Assembly (NCBI RefSeq): GCF_009914755.1
Contig: NC_060942.1
Direction: 5' to 3' (one strand)
From: the human T2T-CHM13v2.0 reference genome, Homo sapiens
Length of the DNA stretch: 64,000 bases
A program made the translations under genes and the position numbers. Under the pieces are notes generated by a model that saw nothing but the letters and a program-made list of their open reading frames with translations, did no database searches and was not told the DNA's origin. Positions 1-11,761 of the stretch are shown here, in pieces. Numbering within the stretch: position 1 is the first letter of the stretch; the number at the start of each line of letters is the position of its first letter.

Positions 1-26
1 AGTGGATATTTGGCTAGTTTTGAGGA

Positions 27-43
27 TTTCGTTGGAAGCGGGA
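27..43 (+). promoter_or_regulatory. CENP-B box (M11 type, example)
   Basis: TTTCGTTGGAAGCGGGA matches consensus YTTCGTTGGAARCGGGA. Confidence 0.95.
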
Positions 44-364
44 ATTCATACAAATTGCAGACTGCAGCGTTCTGAGAAACATCTTTGTGATGTTTGTATT
101 CAGGACAGAGAGTTGAACATTCCCTATCATAGAGCAGGTTGGAATCACTCCTTTTGTAGTATCTGGAAGTGGACATTTGGAGCGCTTTCAGGCCTATGTT
201 GAAAAAGGAAATATCTTCCCATAACAACTAGACACAAGCATTCTCAGAAACTTGTTTGTGATGTGTGCCCTCTACTGACAGAGTTGAACCTTTCTTTTCA
301 TAGAGCAGTTTTGAAACACTCTTTTTGTAGAATCTGCAAGAGGATATTTGCATAGCTTTGAGGA

Positions 365-381
365 TTTCGTGGGAAACGGGA
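365..381 (+). promoter_or_regulatory. CENP-B box (M1 variant, core intact)
   Basis: TTTCGTGGGAAACGGGA retains the core NTTCGNNNNANNCGGGN. Confidence 0.85.
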
Positions 382-706
382 TTGTCTTCAGGTAAAATCT
401 AGACAGAAGCATTCTCAGAAACTTCTTTGGGATGTTTGCATTCAAGTCACAGAGTAGAACATTCCCTTTGGTAGAGCAGGTTTGAAACACTCTTTTTGTA
501 GTATCTGGAAGTGGACATTTGGAGCGCTTTCAGGCCTATGTTGGAAAGGGAAATATCTTCCCGTAACAACTAGGCAGAAGCATTCTCAGAAACTTATTTG
601 AGATGTGTGTACTCAACTAAGAGAATTGAACCACCATTTTGAAGGAGCAGTTTTGAAACACTCTTTTTCTGGAATCTGCAAGAGGATATTTGCCTAGCCT
701 TGAGGA

Positions 707-723
707 TTTCGTTGGAAACGGGA
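707..723 (+). promoter_or_regulatory. CENP-B box (M3)
   Basis: TTTCGTTGGAAACGGGA, consensus match. Confidence 0.95.
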
Positions 724-1048
724 TTGTCTTCAGATCAAATCTAGACAGAAGCATTCTCAGAAACTTCTTTGGGATGTTTGCATTCAAGTCACAGAGTAGA
801 ACATTCCCTTTGGTAGAGCAGGTTTGAAACACTCTTTTTTTAGTATATGGAAGTGGACATTTGGAGCGCTTTCAGGCCTACGTTGGAAAAGGAAATATCT
901 TCCCATAACAACTAGACAGAAGCATTCTCAGAAACTAGTTTCTGATGTGTGTCCTCAACTAACACAGTTGAACATTTCTTTAGACAGAACAGTTTTGAAA
1001 CTCTCTTTTTGTGGAATCTGCAAGTGGCTATTTGGCTAGATTTGAGGA

Positions 1049-1065
1049 TTTCGTTGGAAACGGGA
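1049..1065 (+). promoter_or_regulatory. CENP-B box (M5)
   Basis: TTTCGTTGGAAACGGGA, consensus match. Confidence 0.95.
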
Positions 1066-1386
1066 TTACATATAAAAAGCAGACAGCAGCATTCTCAGAA
1101 AGTTCTTTGTGATGATTGCATTCAAGTCACAGAATTGAACATTCCCTTTCACAGAGCAGGTTTGAAACACTCTTTTTGTAGTGTGTGTAAGTGGACATTT
1201 GGAGCACTTTCCGGCCTAAGGTGAAAAAGGAAATATCTTCCCATAAAAACTAGACAGAAGCATTCTCAGAAACTTACTCGTGATGTGTGTCCTCAACTAA
1301 AGGAGTAGAACCTTTCTTTTCATAGAGAAGTTTTGAAACGCTCTTTTTGTGGAATCTGCAAGTGGATATTTGGCTAGTTTGGAGGA

Positions 1387-1403
1387 TTTCGTTGGAAGCG
1401 GGA
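1387..1403 (+). promoter_or_regulatory. CENP-B box (M7)
   Basis: TTTCGTTGGAAGCGGGA, consensus match. Confidence 0.95.
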
Positions 1404-1724
1404 ATTCATACAAATTGCAGACTGCAGCGTTCTGAGAAACATCTTTGTGATGTTTGTATTCAGGACACAGAGTTGAACATTCCCTATCATAGAGCAGGTT
1501 GGAATCACTCCTTTTGTAGTATCTGGAAGTGGACATTTGGAGCGCTTTCAGGCCTATGTTGGAAAAGGAAATATCTTCCCATAACAACTAGACAGAAGCA
1601 TTCTCAGAAACTTATTTGAGATGTGTGTACTCAACTAAGAGAATTGAACCACCGTTTTGAAGGAGCAGTTTTGAAACACTCTTTTTCTGGAATCTGCAAG
1701 TGGATATTTGGCTAGCTTTGGGGA

Positions 1725-1741
1725 TTTCGCTGGAAGCGGGA
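1725..1741 (+). promoter_or_regulatory. CENP-B box (M9 variant, core intact)
   Basis: TTTCGCTGGAAGCGGGA retains the core; other copies read ...GGAGGCGGGA or ...GGATGCGGGA. The six boxes per HOR recur throughout the window. Confidence 0.85.
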
Positions 1742-2273
1742 ATACATATAAAAAGCACACAGCAGCGTTCTGAGAAACTGCTTTCTGATGTTTGCATTCA
1801 AGTCAAAAGTTGAACACTCCCTTTCATAGAGCAGTCCTGAAACACTCCTTTTGTAGTATCTGGAACTGGACTTTTGGAGCGCTTTCAGGGCTAAGGTGAA
1901 AAAGGAAATATCTTCCCATAAAAACTGGACAGAAGCATTCTCAGAAACTTGTTTATGCTGTATCTACTCAACTAACAAAGTTGAACCTTTCTTTTGATAG
2001 AGCAGTTTTGAAATGCTCTTTTTGTGGAATCTGCAAGTGGATATTTGGCTAGTTTTGAGGATTTCGTTGGAAGCGGGAATTCATACAAATTGCAGACTGC
2101 AGCGTTCTGAGAAACATCTTTGTGATGTTTGTATTCAGGACAGAGAGTTGAACATTCCCTATCATAGAGCAGGTTGGAATCACTCCTTTTGTAGTATCTG
2201 GAAGTGGACATTTGGAGCGCTTTCAGGCCTATGTTGAAAAAGGAAATATCTTCCCATAACAACTAGACACAAG

Positions 2274-4983
2274 CATTCTCAGAAACTTGTTTGTGATGTG
2301 TGCCCTCTACTGACAGAGTTGAACCTTTCTTTTCATAGAGCAGTTTTGAAACACTCTTTTTGTAGAATCTGCAAGAGGATATTTGCATAGCTTTGAGGAT
2401 TACGTGGGAAACGGGATAGTCTTCAGGTAAAATCTAGACAGAAGCATTCTCAGAAACTTCTTTGGGATGTTTGCATTCAAGTCACAGAGTAGAACATTCC
2501 CTTTGGTAGAGTAGGTTTGAAACACTCTTTTTGTAGTATCTGGAAGTGGACATTTGGAGCGCTTTCAGGCCTATGTTGGAAAGGGAAATATCTTCCCGTA
2601 ACAACTAGGCAGAAGCATTCTCAGAAACTTATTTGAGATGTGTGTATTCAACTAAGAGAATTGAACCACCGTTTTGAAGGAGCAGTTTTGAAACACTCTT
2701 TTTCTGGAATCTGAAAGAGGATATTTGCCTAGCCTTGAGGATTTCGTTGGAAACGGGATTGTCTTCAGATCAAATCTATACAGAAGCATTCTCAGAAACT
2801 TCCTTGGGATGTTTGCATTCAAGTCACAGAGTAGAACATTCCCTTTGGTAGAGCAGGTTTGAAACACTCTTTTTTTAGTATATGGAAGTGGACATTTGGA
2901 GCGCATTCAGGCCTACGTTGGAAAAGGAAATATCTTCCCATAACAACTAGACAGAAGCATTCTCAGAAACTAGTTTCTGATATGTGTCCTCAACTAACAC
3001 AGTTGAACATTTCTTTAGACAGAACAGTTTTGAAACTCTCTTTTTGTGGAATCTGCAAGTGGCTATTTGGCTAGATTTGAGGATTTCGTTGGAAACGGGA
3101 TTACATATAAAAAGCAGACAGCAGCATTCTCAGAAAGTTCTTTGTGATGATTGCATTCAAGTCACAGAATTGAACATTCCCTTTCACAGAGCAGGTTTGA
3201 AACACTCTTTTTGTAGTGTGTGTAAGTGGACATTTGGAGCACTTTCCGGCCTAAGGTGAGAAAGGAAATATCTTCCCATAAAAACTAGACAGAAGCATTC
3301 TCAGAAACTTACTCGTGATGTGTGTCCTCAACTAAAGGAGTAGAACCTTTCTTTCATAGAGAAGTTTTGAAACGCTCTTTTTGTGGAATCTGCAAGTGGA
3401 TATTTGGCTAGTTTGGAGGATTTCGTTGGAAGCGGGAATTCATACAAATTGCAGACTGCAGCGTTCTGAGAAACATCTTTGTGATGTTTGTATTCAGGAC
3501 ACAGAGTTGAACATTCCCTATCATAGAGCAGGTTGGAATCACTCCTTTTGTAGTATCTGGAAGTGGACATTTGGAGCGCTTTCAGGCCTACGTTGGAAAA
3601 GGAAATATCTTCCCATAACAACTAGACAGAAGCATTCTCAGAAACTAGTTTCTGATGTGTGTCCTCAACTAACACAGTTGAACATTTCTTTAGACAGAAC
3701 AGTTTTGAAACACTCTTTTTGTGGAATCTGCAAGTGGCTATTTGGCTAGATTTGAGGATTTCGTTGGAAACGGGATTACATATAAAAAGCAGACAGCAGC
3801 ATTCTCAGAAAGTTCTTTGTGATGATTGCATTCAAGTCACAGAATTGAACATTCCCTTTCACAGAGCAGGTTTGAAACACTCTTTTTGTAGTGTGTGTAA
3901 GTGGACATTTGGAGCACTTTCCGGCCTAAGGTGAAAAAGGAAATATCTTCCCATAAAAACTAGACAGAAGCACTCTCAGAAACTTACTCGTGATGTGTGT
4001 CCTCAACTAAAGGAGTAGAACCTTTCTTTTCATAGAGAAGTTTTGAAACGCTCTTTTTGTGGAATCTGCAAGTGGATATTTGGCTAGTTTGGAGGATTTC
4101 GTTGGAAGCGGGAATTCATACAAATTGCAGACTGCAGCGTTCTGAGAAACATCTTTGTGATGTTTGTATTCAGGACACAGAGTTGAACATTCCCTATCAT
4201 AGAGCAGGTTTGAATCACTCCTTTTGTAGTATCTGGAAGTGGACATTTGGAGCGCTTTCAGGCCTATGTTGGAAAAGGAAATATCTTCCCATAACAACTA
4301 GACAGAAGCATTCTCAGAAACTTATTTGAGATGTGTGTACTCAACTAAGAGAATTGAACCACCGTTTTGAAGGAGCAGTTTTGAAACACTCTTTTTCTGG
4401 AATCTGCAAGTGGATATTTGGCTAGCTTTGGGGATTTCGCTGGAGGCGGGAATACATATAAAAAGCACACAGCAGCGTTCTGAGAAACTGCTTTCTGATG
4501 TTTGCATTCAAGTCAAAAGTTGAACACTCCCTTTCATAGAGCAGTCCTGAAACACTCCTTTTGTAGTATCTGGAACTGGACTTTTGGAGCGCTTTCAGGG
4601 CTAAGGTGAAAAAGGAAATATCTTCCCATAAAAACTGGACAGAAGCATTCTCAGAAACTTTTTTATGCTGTATCTACTCAACTAACAAAGTTGAACCTTT
4701 CTTTTGATAGAGCAGTTTTGAAATGCTCTTTTTGTGGAATCTGCAAGTGGATATTTGGCTAGTTTTGAGGATTTCGTTGGAAGCGGGAATTCATACAAAT
4801 TGCAGACTGCAGCGTTCTGAGAAACATCTTTGTGATGTTTGTATTCAGGACAGAGAGTTGAACATTCCCTATCATAGAGCAGGTTGGAATCACTCCTTTT
4901 GTAGTATCTGGAAGTGGACATTTGGAGCGCTTTCTGGCCTATGTTGAAAAAGGAAATATCTTCCCATAACAACTAGACACAAG
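2274..4983 (+). repeat. 16-mer HOR variant type A (M1-7, M8/4 hybrid, M5-12)
   Basis: 2710 bp. M5 appears at 2958 and again at 3633. The monomer at 3462 begins as M8 and ends with M4-specific GGCCTACGTTGG. Confidence 0.93.
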
Positions 4984-7900
4984 CATTCTCAGAAACTTGT
5001 TTGTGATGTGTGCCCTCTACTGACAGAGTTGAACCTTTCTTTTCATAGAGCAGTTTTGAAACACTCTTTTTGTAGAATCTGCAAGAGGATATTTGCATAG
5101 CTTTGAGGATTTCGTGGGAAACGGGATTGTCTTCAGGTAAAATCTAGACAGAAGCATTCTCAGAAACTTCTTTGGGATGTTTGCATTCAAGTCACAGAGT
5201 AGAACATTCCCTTTGGTAGAGCAGGTTTGAAACACTCTTTTTGTAGTATCTGGAAGTGGACATTTGGAGCGCTTTCAGGCCTATGTTGGAAAGGGAAATA
5301 TCTTCCGGTAACAACTAGGCAGAAGCATTCTCAGAAACTTATTTGAGATGTGTGTACTCAACTAAGAGAATTGAAACACCGTTTTGAAGGAGCAGTTTTG
5401 AAACACTCTTTTTCTGGAATCTGCAAGAGGATATTTGCCTAGCTTTGAGGATTTCGTTGGAAACGGGATTGTGTTCAGATCAAATCTAGACAGAAGCATT
5501 CTCAGAAACTTCTTTGGGATGTTTGCATTCAAGTCACAGAGTAGAACATTCCCTTTGGTAGAGCAGGTGTGAAACACTCTTTTTTTAGTATATGGAAGTG
5601 GACATTTGGAGCGCTTTCAGGCCTACGTTGGAAAAGGAAATATCTTCCCATAACAACTAGACAGAAGCATTCTCAGAAACTAGTTTCTGATGTGTGTCCT
5701 CAACTAACACAGTTGAACATTTCTTTAGACAGAACAGTTTTGAAACTCTCTTTTTGTGGAATCTGCAAGTGGCTATTTGGCTAGATTTGAGGATTTCGTT
5801 GGAAACGGGATTACATATAAAAAGCAGACAGCAGCATTCTCAGAAAGTTCTTTGTGATGATTGCATTCAAGTCACAGAATTGAACATTCCCTTTCACAGA
5901 GCAGGTTTGAAACACTCTTTTTGTAGTGTGTGTAAGTGGACATTTGGAGCACTTTCCGGCCTAAGGTGAGAAAGGAAATATCTTCCCATAAAAACTAGAC
6001 AGAAGCATTCTCAGAAACTTACTCGTGATGTGTGTCCTCAACTAAAGGAGTAGAACCTTTCTTTCATAGAGAAGTTTTGAAACGCTCTTTTTGTGGAATC
6101 TGCAAGTGGATATTTGGCTAGTTTGGAGGATTTCGTTGGAAGCGGGAATTCATACAAATTGCAGACTGCAGCGTTCTGAGAAACATCTTTGTGATGTTTG
6201 TATTCAGGACACAGAGTTGAACATTCCCTATCATAGAGCAGGTTTGAATCACTCCTTTTGTAGTATCTGGAAGTGGACATTTGGAGCGCTTTCAGGCCTA
6301 TGTTGGAAAAGGAAATATCTTCCCATAACAACTAGACAGAAGCATTCTCAGAAACTTATTTGAGATGTGTGTACTCAACTAAGAGAATTGAACCACCGTT
6401 TTGAAGGAGCAGTTTTGAAACACTCTTTTTCTGGAATCTGCAAGTGGATATTTGGCTAGCTTTGGGGATTTCGCTGGATGCGGGAATACATATAAAAAGC
6501 ACACAGCAGCGTTCTGAGAAACTGCTTTCTGATGTTTGCATTCAAGTCAAAAGTTGAACACTCCCTTTCATAGAGCAGTCCTGAAACACTCCTTTTGTAG
6601 TATCTGGAACTGGACTTTTGGAGCGCTTTCAGGGCTAAGGTGAAAAAGGAAATATCTTCCCATAAAAACTGGACAGAAGCATTCTCAGAAACTTTTTTAT
6701 GCTGTATCTACTCAACTAACAAAGTTGAACCTTTCTTTTGATAGAGCAGTTTTGAAATGCTCTTTTTGTGGAATCTGCAAGTGGATATTTGGCTAGTTTT
6801 GAGGATTTCGTTGGAAGCGGGAATTCATACAAATTGCAGACTGCAGCGTTCTGAGAAACATCTTTGTGATGTTTGTATTCAGGACAGAGAGTTGAACATT
6901 CCCTATCATAGAGCAGGTTGGAATCACTCCTTTTGTAGTATCTGGAAGTGGACATTTGGAGCGCTTTCTGGCCTATGTTGAAAAAGGAAATATCTTCCCA
7001 TAACAACTAGACACAAGCATTCTCAGAAACTTGTTTGTGATGTGTGCCCTCTACTGACAGAGTTGAACCTTTCTTTTCATAGAGCAGTTTTGAAACACTC
7101 TTTTTGTAGAATCTGCAAGAGGATATTTGCATAGCTTTGAGGATTTCGTGGGAAACGGGATTGTCTTCAGGTAAAATCTAGACAGAAGCATTCTCAGAAA
7201 CTTCTTTGGGATGTTTGCATTCAAGTCACAGAGTAGAACATTCCCTTTGGTAGAGCAGGTTTGAAACACTCTTTTTGTAGTATCTGGAAGTGGACATTTG
7301 GAGCGCTTTCAGGCCTATGTTGGAAAGGGAAATATCTTCCGGTAACAACTAGGCAGAAGCATTCTCAGAAACTTATTTGAGATGTGTGTACTCAACTAAG
7401 AGAATTGAACCACCGTTTTGAAGGAGCAGTTTTGAAACACTCTTTTTCTGGAATCTGCAAGAGGATATTTGCCTAGCTTTGAGGATTTCGTTGGAAACGG
7501 GATTGTGTTCAGATCAAATCTAGACAGAAGCATTCTCAGAAACTTCTTTGGGATGTTTGCATTCAAGTCACAGAGTAGAACATTCCCTTTGGTAGAGCAG
7601 GTGTGAAACACTCTTTTTTTAGTATATGGAAGTGGACATTTGGAGCGCTTTCAGGCCTACGTTGGAAAAGGAAATATCTTCCCATAACAACTAGACAGAA
7701 GCATTCTCAGAAACTAGTTTCTGATGTGTGTCCTCAACTAACACAGTTGAACATTTCTTTAGACAGAACAGTTTTGAAACTCTCTTTTTGTGGAATCTGC
7801 AAGTGGCTATTTGGCTAGATTTGAGGATTTCGTTGGAAACGGGATTACATATAAAAAGCAGACACCAGCATTCTCAGAAAGTTCTTTGTGATGATTGCAT

Positions 7901-9051
7901 TCAAGTCACAGAATTGAACATTCCCTTTCACAGAGCAGGTTTGAAACACTCTTTTTGTAGTGTGTGTAAGTGGACATTTGGAGCACTTTCCGGCCTAAGG
8001 TGAGAAAGGAAATATCTTCCCATAAAAACTAGACAGAAGCATTCTCAGAAACTTACTCGTGATGTGTGTCCTCAACTAAAGGAGTAGAACCTTTCTTTCA
8101 TAGAGAAGTTTTGAAACGCTCTTTTTGTGGAATCTGCAAGTGGATATTTGGCTAGTTTGGAGGATTTCGTTGGAAGCGGGAATTCATACAAATTGCAGAC
8201 TGCAGCGTTCTGAGAAACATCTTTGTGATGTTTGTATTCAGGACACAGAGTTGAACATTCCCTATCATAGAGCAGGTTTGAATCACTCCTTTTGTAGTAT
8301 CTGGAAGTGGACATTTGGAGCGCTTTCAGGCCTATGTTGGAAAAGGAAATATCTTCCCATAACAACTAGACAGAAGCATTCTCAGAAACTTATTTGAGAT
8401 GTGTGTACTCAACTAAGAGAATTGAACCACCGTTTTGAAGGAGCAGTTTTGAAACACTCTTTTTCTGGAATCTGCAAGTGGATATTTGGCTAGCTTTGGG
8501 GATTTCGCTGGATGCGGGAATACATATAAAAAGCACACAGCAGCGTTCTGAGAAACTGCTTTCTGATGTTTGCATTCAAGTCAAAAGTTGAACACTCCCT
8601 TTCATAGAGCAGTCCTGAAACACTCCTTTTGTAGTATCTGGAACTGGACTTTTGGAGCGCTTTCAGGGCTAAGGTGAAAAAGGAAATATCTTCCCATAAA
8701 AACTGGACAGAAGCATTCTCAGAAACTTTTTTATGCTGTATCTACTCAACTAACAAAGTTGAACCTTTCTTTTGATAGAGCAGTTTTGAAATGCTCTTTT
8801 TGTGGAATCTGCAAGTGGATATTTGGCTAGTTTTGAGGATTTCGTTGGAAGCGGGAATTCATACAAATTGCAGACTGCAGCGTTCTGAGAAACATCTTTG
8901 TGATGTTTGTATTCAGGACAGAGAGTTGAACATTCCCTATCATAGAGCAGGTTGGAATCACTCCTTTTGTAGTATCTGGAAGTGGACATTTGGAGCGCTT
9001 TCTGGCCTATGTTGAAAAAGGAAATATCTTCCCATAACAACTAGACACAAG

Positions 9052-11761
9052 CATTCTCAGAAACTTGTTTGTGATGTGTGCCCTCTACTGACAGAGTTGA
9101 ACCTTTCTTTTCATAGAGCAGTTTTGAAACACTCTTTTTGTAGAATCTGCAAGAGGATATTTGCATAGCTTTGAGGATTTCGTGGGAAACGGGATTGTCT
9201 TCAGGTAAAATCTAGACAGAAGCATTCTCAGAAACTTCTTTGGGATGTTTGCATTCAAGTCACAGAGTAGAACATTCCCTTTGGTAGAGCAGGTTTGAAA
9301 CACTCTTTTTGTAGTATCTGGAAGTGGACATTTGGAGCGCTTTCAGGCCTATGTTGGAAAGGGAAATATCTTCCGGTAACAACTAGGCAGAAGCATTCTC
9401 AGAAACTTATTTGAGATGTGTGTACTCAACTAAGAGAATTGAACCACCGTTTTGAAGGAGCAGTTTTGAAACACTCTTTTTCTGGAATCTGCAAGAGGAT
9501 ATTTGCCTAGCTTTGAGGATTTCGTTGGAAACGGGATTGTGTTCAGATCAAATCTAGACAGAAGCATTCTCAGAAACTTCTTTGGGATGTTTGCATTCAA
9601 GTCACAGAGTAGAACATTCCCTTTGGTAGAGCAGGTGTGAAACACTCTTTTTTTAGTATATGGAAGTGGACATTTGGAGCGCTTTCAGGCCTACGTTGGA
9701 AAAGGAAATATCTTCCCATAACAACTAGACAGAAGCATTCTCAGAAACTAGTTTCTGATGTGTGTCCTCAACTAACACAGTTGAACATTTCTTTAGACAG
9801 AACAGTTTTGAAACTCTCTTTTTGTGGAATCTGCAAGTGGCTATTTGGCTAGATTTGAGGATTTCGTTGGAAACGGGATTACATATAAAAAGCAGACACC
9901 AGCATTCTCAGAAAGTTCTTTGTGATGATTGCATTCAAGTCACAGAATTGAACATTCCCTTTCACAGAGCAGGTTTGAAACACTCTTTTTGTAGTGTGTG
10001 TAAGTGGACATTTGGAGCACTTTCCGGCCTAAGGTGAGAAAGGAAATATCTTCCCATAAAAACTAGACAGAAGCATTCTCAGAAACTTACTCGTGATGTG
10101 TGTCCTCAACTAAAGGAGTAGAACCTTTCTTTCATAGAGAAGTTTTGAAACGCTCTTTTTGTGGAATCTGCAAGTGGATATTTGGCTAGTTTGGAGGATT
10201 TCGTTGGAAGCGGGAATTCATACAAATTGCAGACTGCAGCGTTCTGAGAAACATCTTTGTGATGTTTGTATTCAGGACACAGAGTTGAACATTCCCTATC
10301 ATAGAGCAGGTTGGAATCACTCCTTTTGTAGTATCTGGAAGTGGACATTTGGAGCGCTTTCAGGCCTACGTTGGAAAAGGAAATATCTTCCCATAACAAC
10401 TAGACAGAAGCATTCTCAGAAACTAGTTTCTGATGTGTGTCCTCAACTAACACAGTTGAACATTTCTTTAGACAGAACAGTTTTGAAACACTCTTTTTGT
10501 GGAATCTGCAAGTGGCTATTTGGCTAGATTTGAGGATTTCGTTGGAAACGGGATTACATATAAAAAGCAGACAGCAGCATTCTCAGAAAGTTCTTTGTGA
10601 TGATTGCATTCAAGTCACAGAATTGAACATTCCCTTTCACAGAGCAGGTTTGAAACACTCTTTTTGTAGTGTGTGTAAGTGGACATTTGGAGCACTTTCC
10701 GGCCTAAGGTGAAAAAGGAAATATCTTCCCATAAAAACTAGACAGAAGCACTCTCAGAAACTTACTCGTGATGTGTGTCCTCAACTAAAGGAGTAGAACC
10801 TTTCTTTTCATAGAGAAGTTTTGAAACGCTCTTTTTGTGGAATCTGCAAGTGGATATTTGGCTAGTTTGGAGGATTTCGTTGGAAGCGGGAATTCATACA
10901 AATTGCAGACTGCAGCGTTCTGAGAAACATCTTTGTGATGTTTGTATTCAGGACACAGAGTTGAACATTCCCTATCATAGAGCAGGTTTGAATCACTCCT
11001 TTTGTAGTATCTGGAAGTGGACATTTGGAGCGCTTTCAGGCCTATGTTGGAAAAGGAAATATCTTCCCATAACAACTAGACAGAAGCATTCTCAGAAACT
11101 TATTTGAGATGTGTGTACTCAACTAAGAGAATTGAACCACCGTTTTGAAGGAGCAGTTTTGAAACACTCTTTTTCTGGAATCTGCAAGTGGATATTTGGC
11201 TAGCTTTGGGGATTTCGCTGGAAGCGGGAATACATATAAAAAGCACACAGCAGCGTTCTGAGAAACTGCTTTCTGATGTTTGCATTCAAGTCAAAAGTTG
11301 AACACTCCCTTTCATAGTGCAGTCCTGAAACACTCCTTTTGTACTATCTGGAACTGGACTTTTGGAGCGCTTTCAGGGCTAAGGTGAAAAAGGAAATATC
11401 TTCCCATAAAAACTGGACAGAAGCATTCTCAGAAACTTGTTTATGCTGTATCTACTCAACTAACAAAGTTGAACCTTTCTTTTGATAGAGCAGTTTTGAA
11501 ATGCTCTTTTTGTGGAATCTGCAAGTGGATATTTGGCTAGTTTTGAGGATTTCGTTGGAAGCGGGAATTCATACAAATTGCAGACTGCAGCGTTCTGAGA
11601 AACATCTTTGTGATGTTTGTATTCAGGACAGAGAGTTGAACATTCCCTATCATAGAGCAGGTTGGAATCACTCCTTTTGTAGTATCTGGAAGTGGACATT
11701 TGGAGCGCTTTCAGGCCTATGTTGAAAAAGGAGATATCTTCCCATAACAACTAGACACAAG
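9052..11761 (+). repeat. 16-mer HOR variant type A
   Basis: 2710 bp. M5 at 9736 and 10411; same M8/4 junction. Confidence 0.93.

Larger units (their letters stand above)
239..2273 (+). repeat. Reference canonical 12-mer HOR copy (M1-M12)
   Basis: Monomer starts at 239, 410, 581, 752, 923, 1090, 1261, 1428, 1599, 1766, 1936, 2103 (lengths 171,171,171,171,167,171,167,171,167,170,167,171 = 2035). The next M1 starts at 2274. Confidence 0.95.

Noticed and set aside
241-249. Palindromic TTCTCAGAA (STAT/GAS-like) at each monomer start
   Set aside because: A universal alpha satellite consensus feature, not specific to this locus; binding cannot be inferred from sequence.
1071-1078. TATAAAAA TATA-like motif in M5 and M9
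   Set aside because: Intrinsic AT-rich satellite sequence repeated in each HOR; nothing in the sequence supports promoter function.
3381-3749. Longest ORF (122 aa; also at 10159, 14904, 43052)
   Set aside because: Created by chance read-through at the M8/4 hybrid junction; no recognisable protein family.
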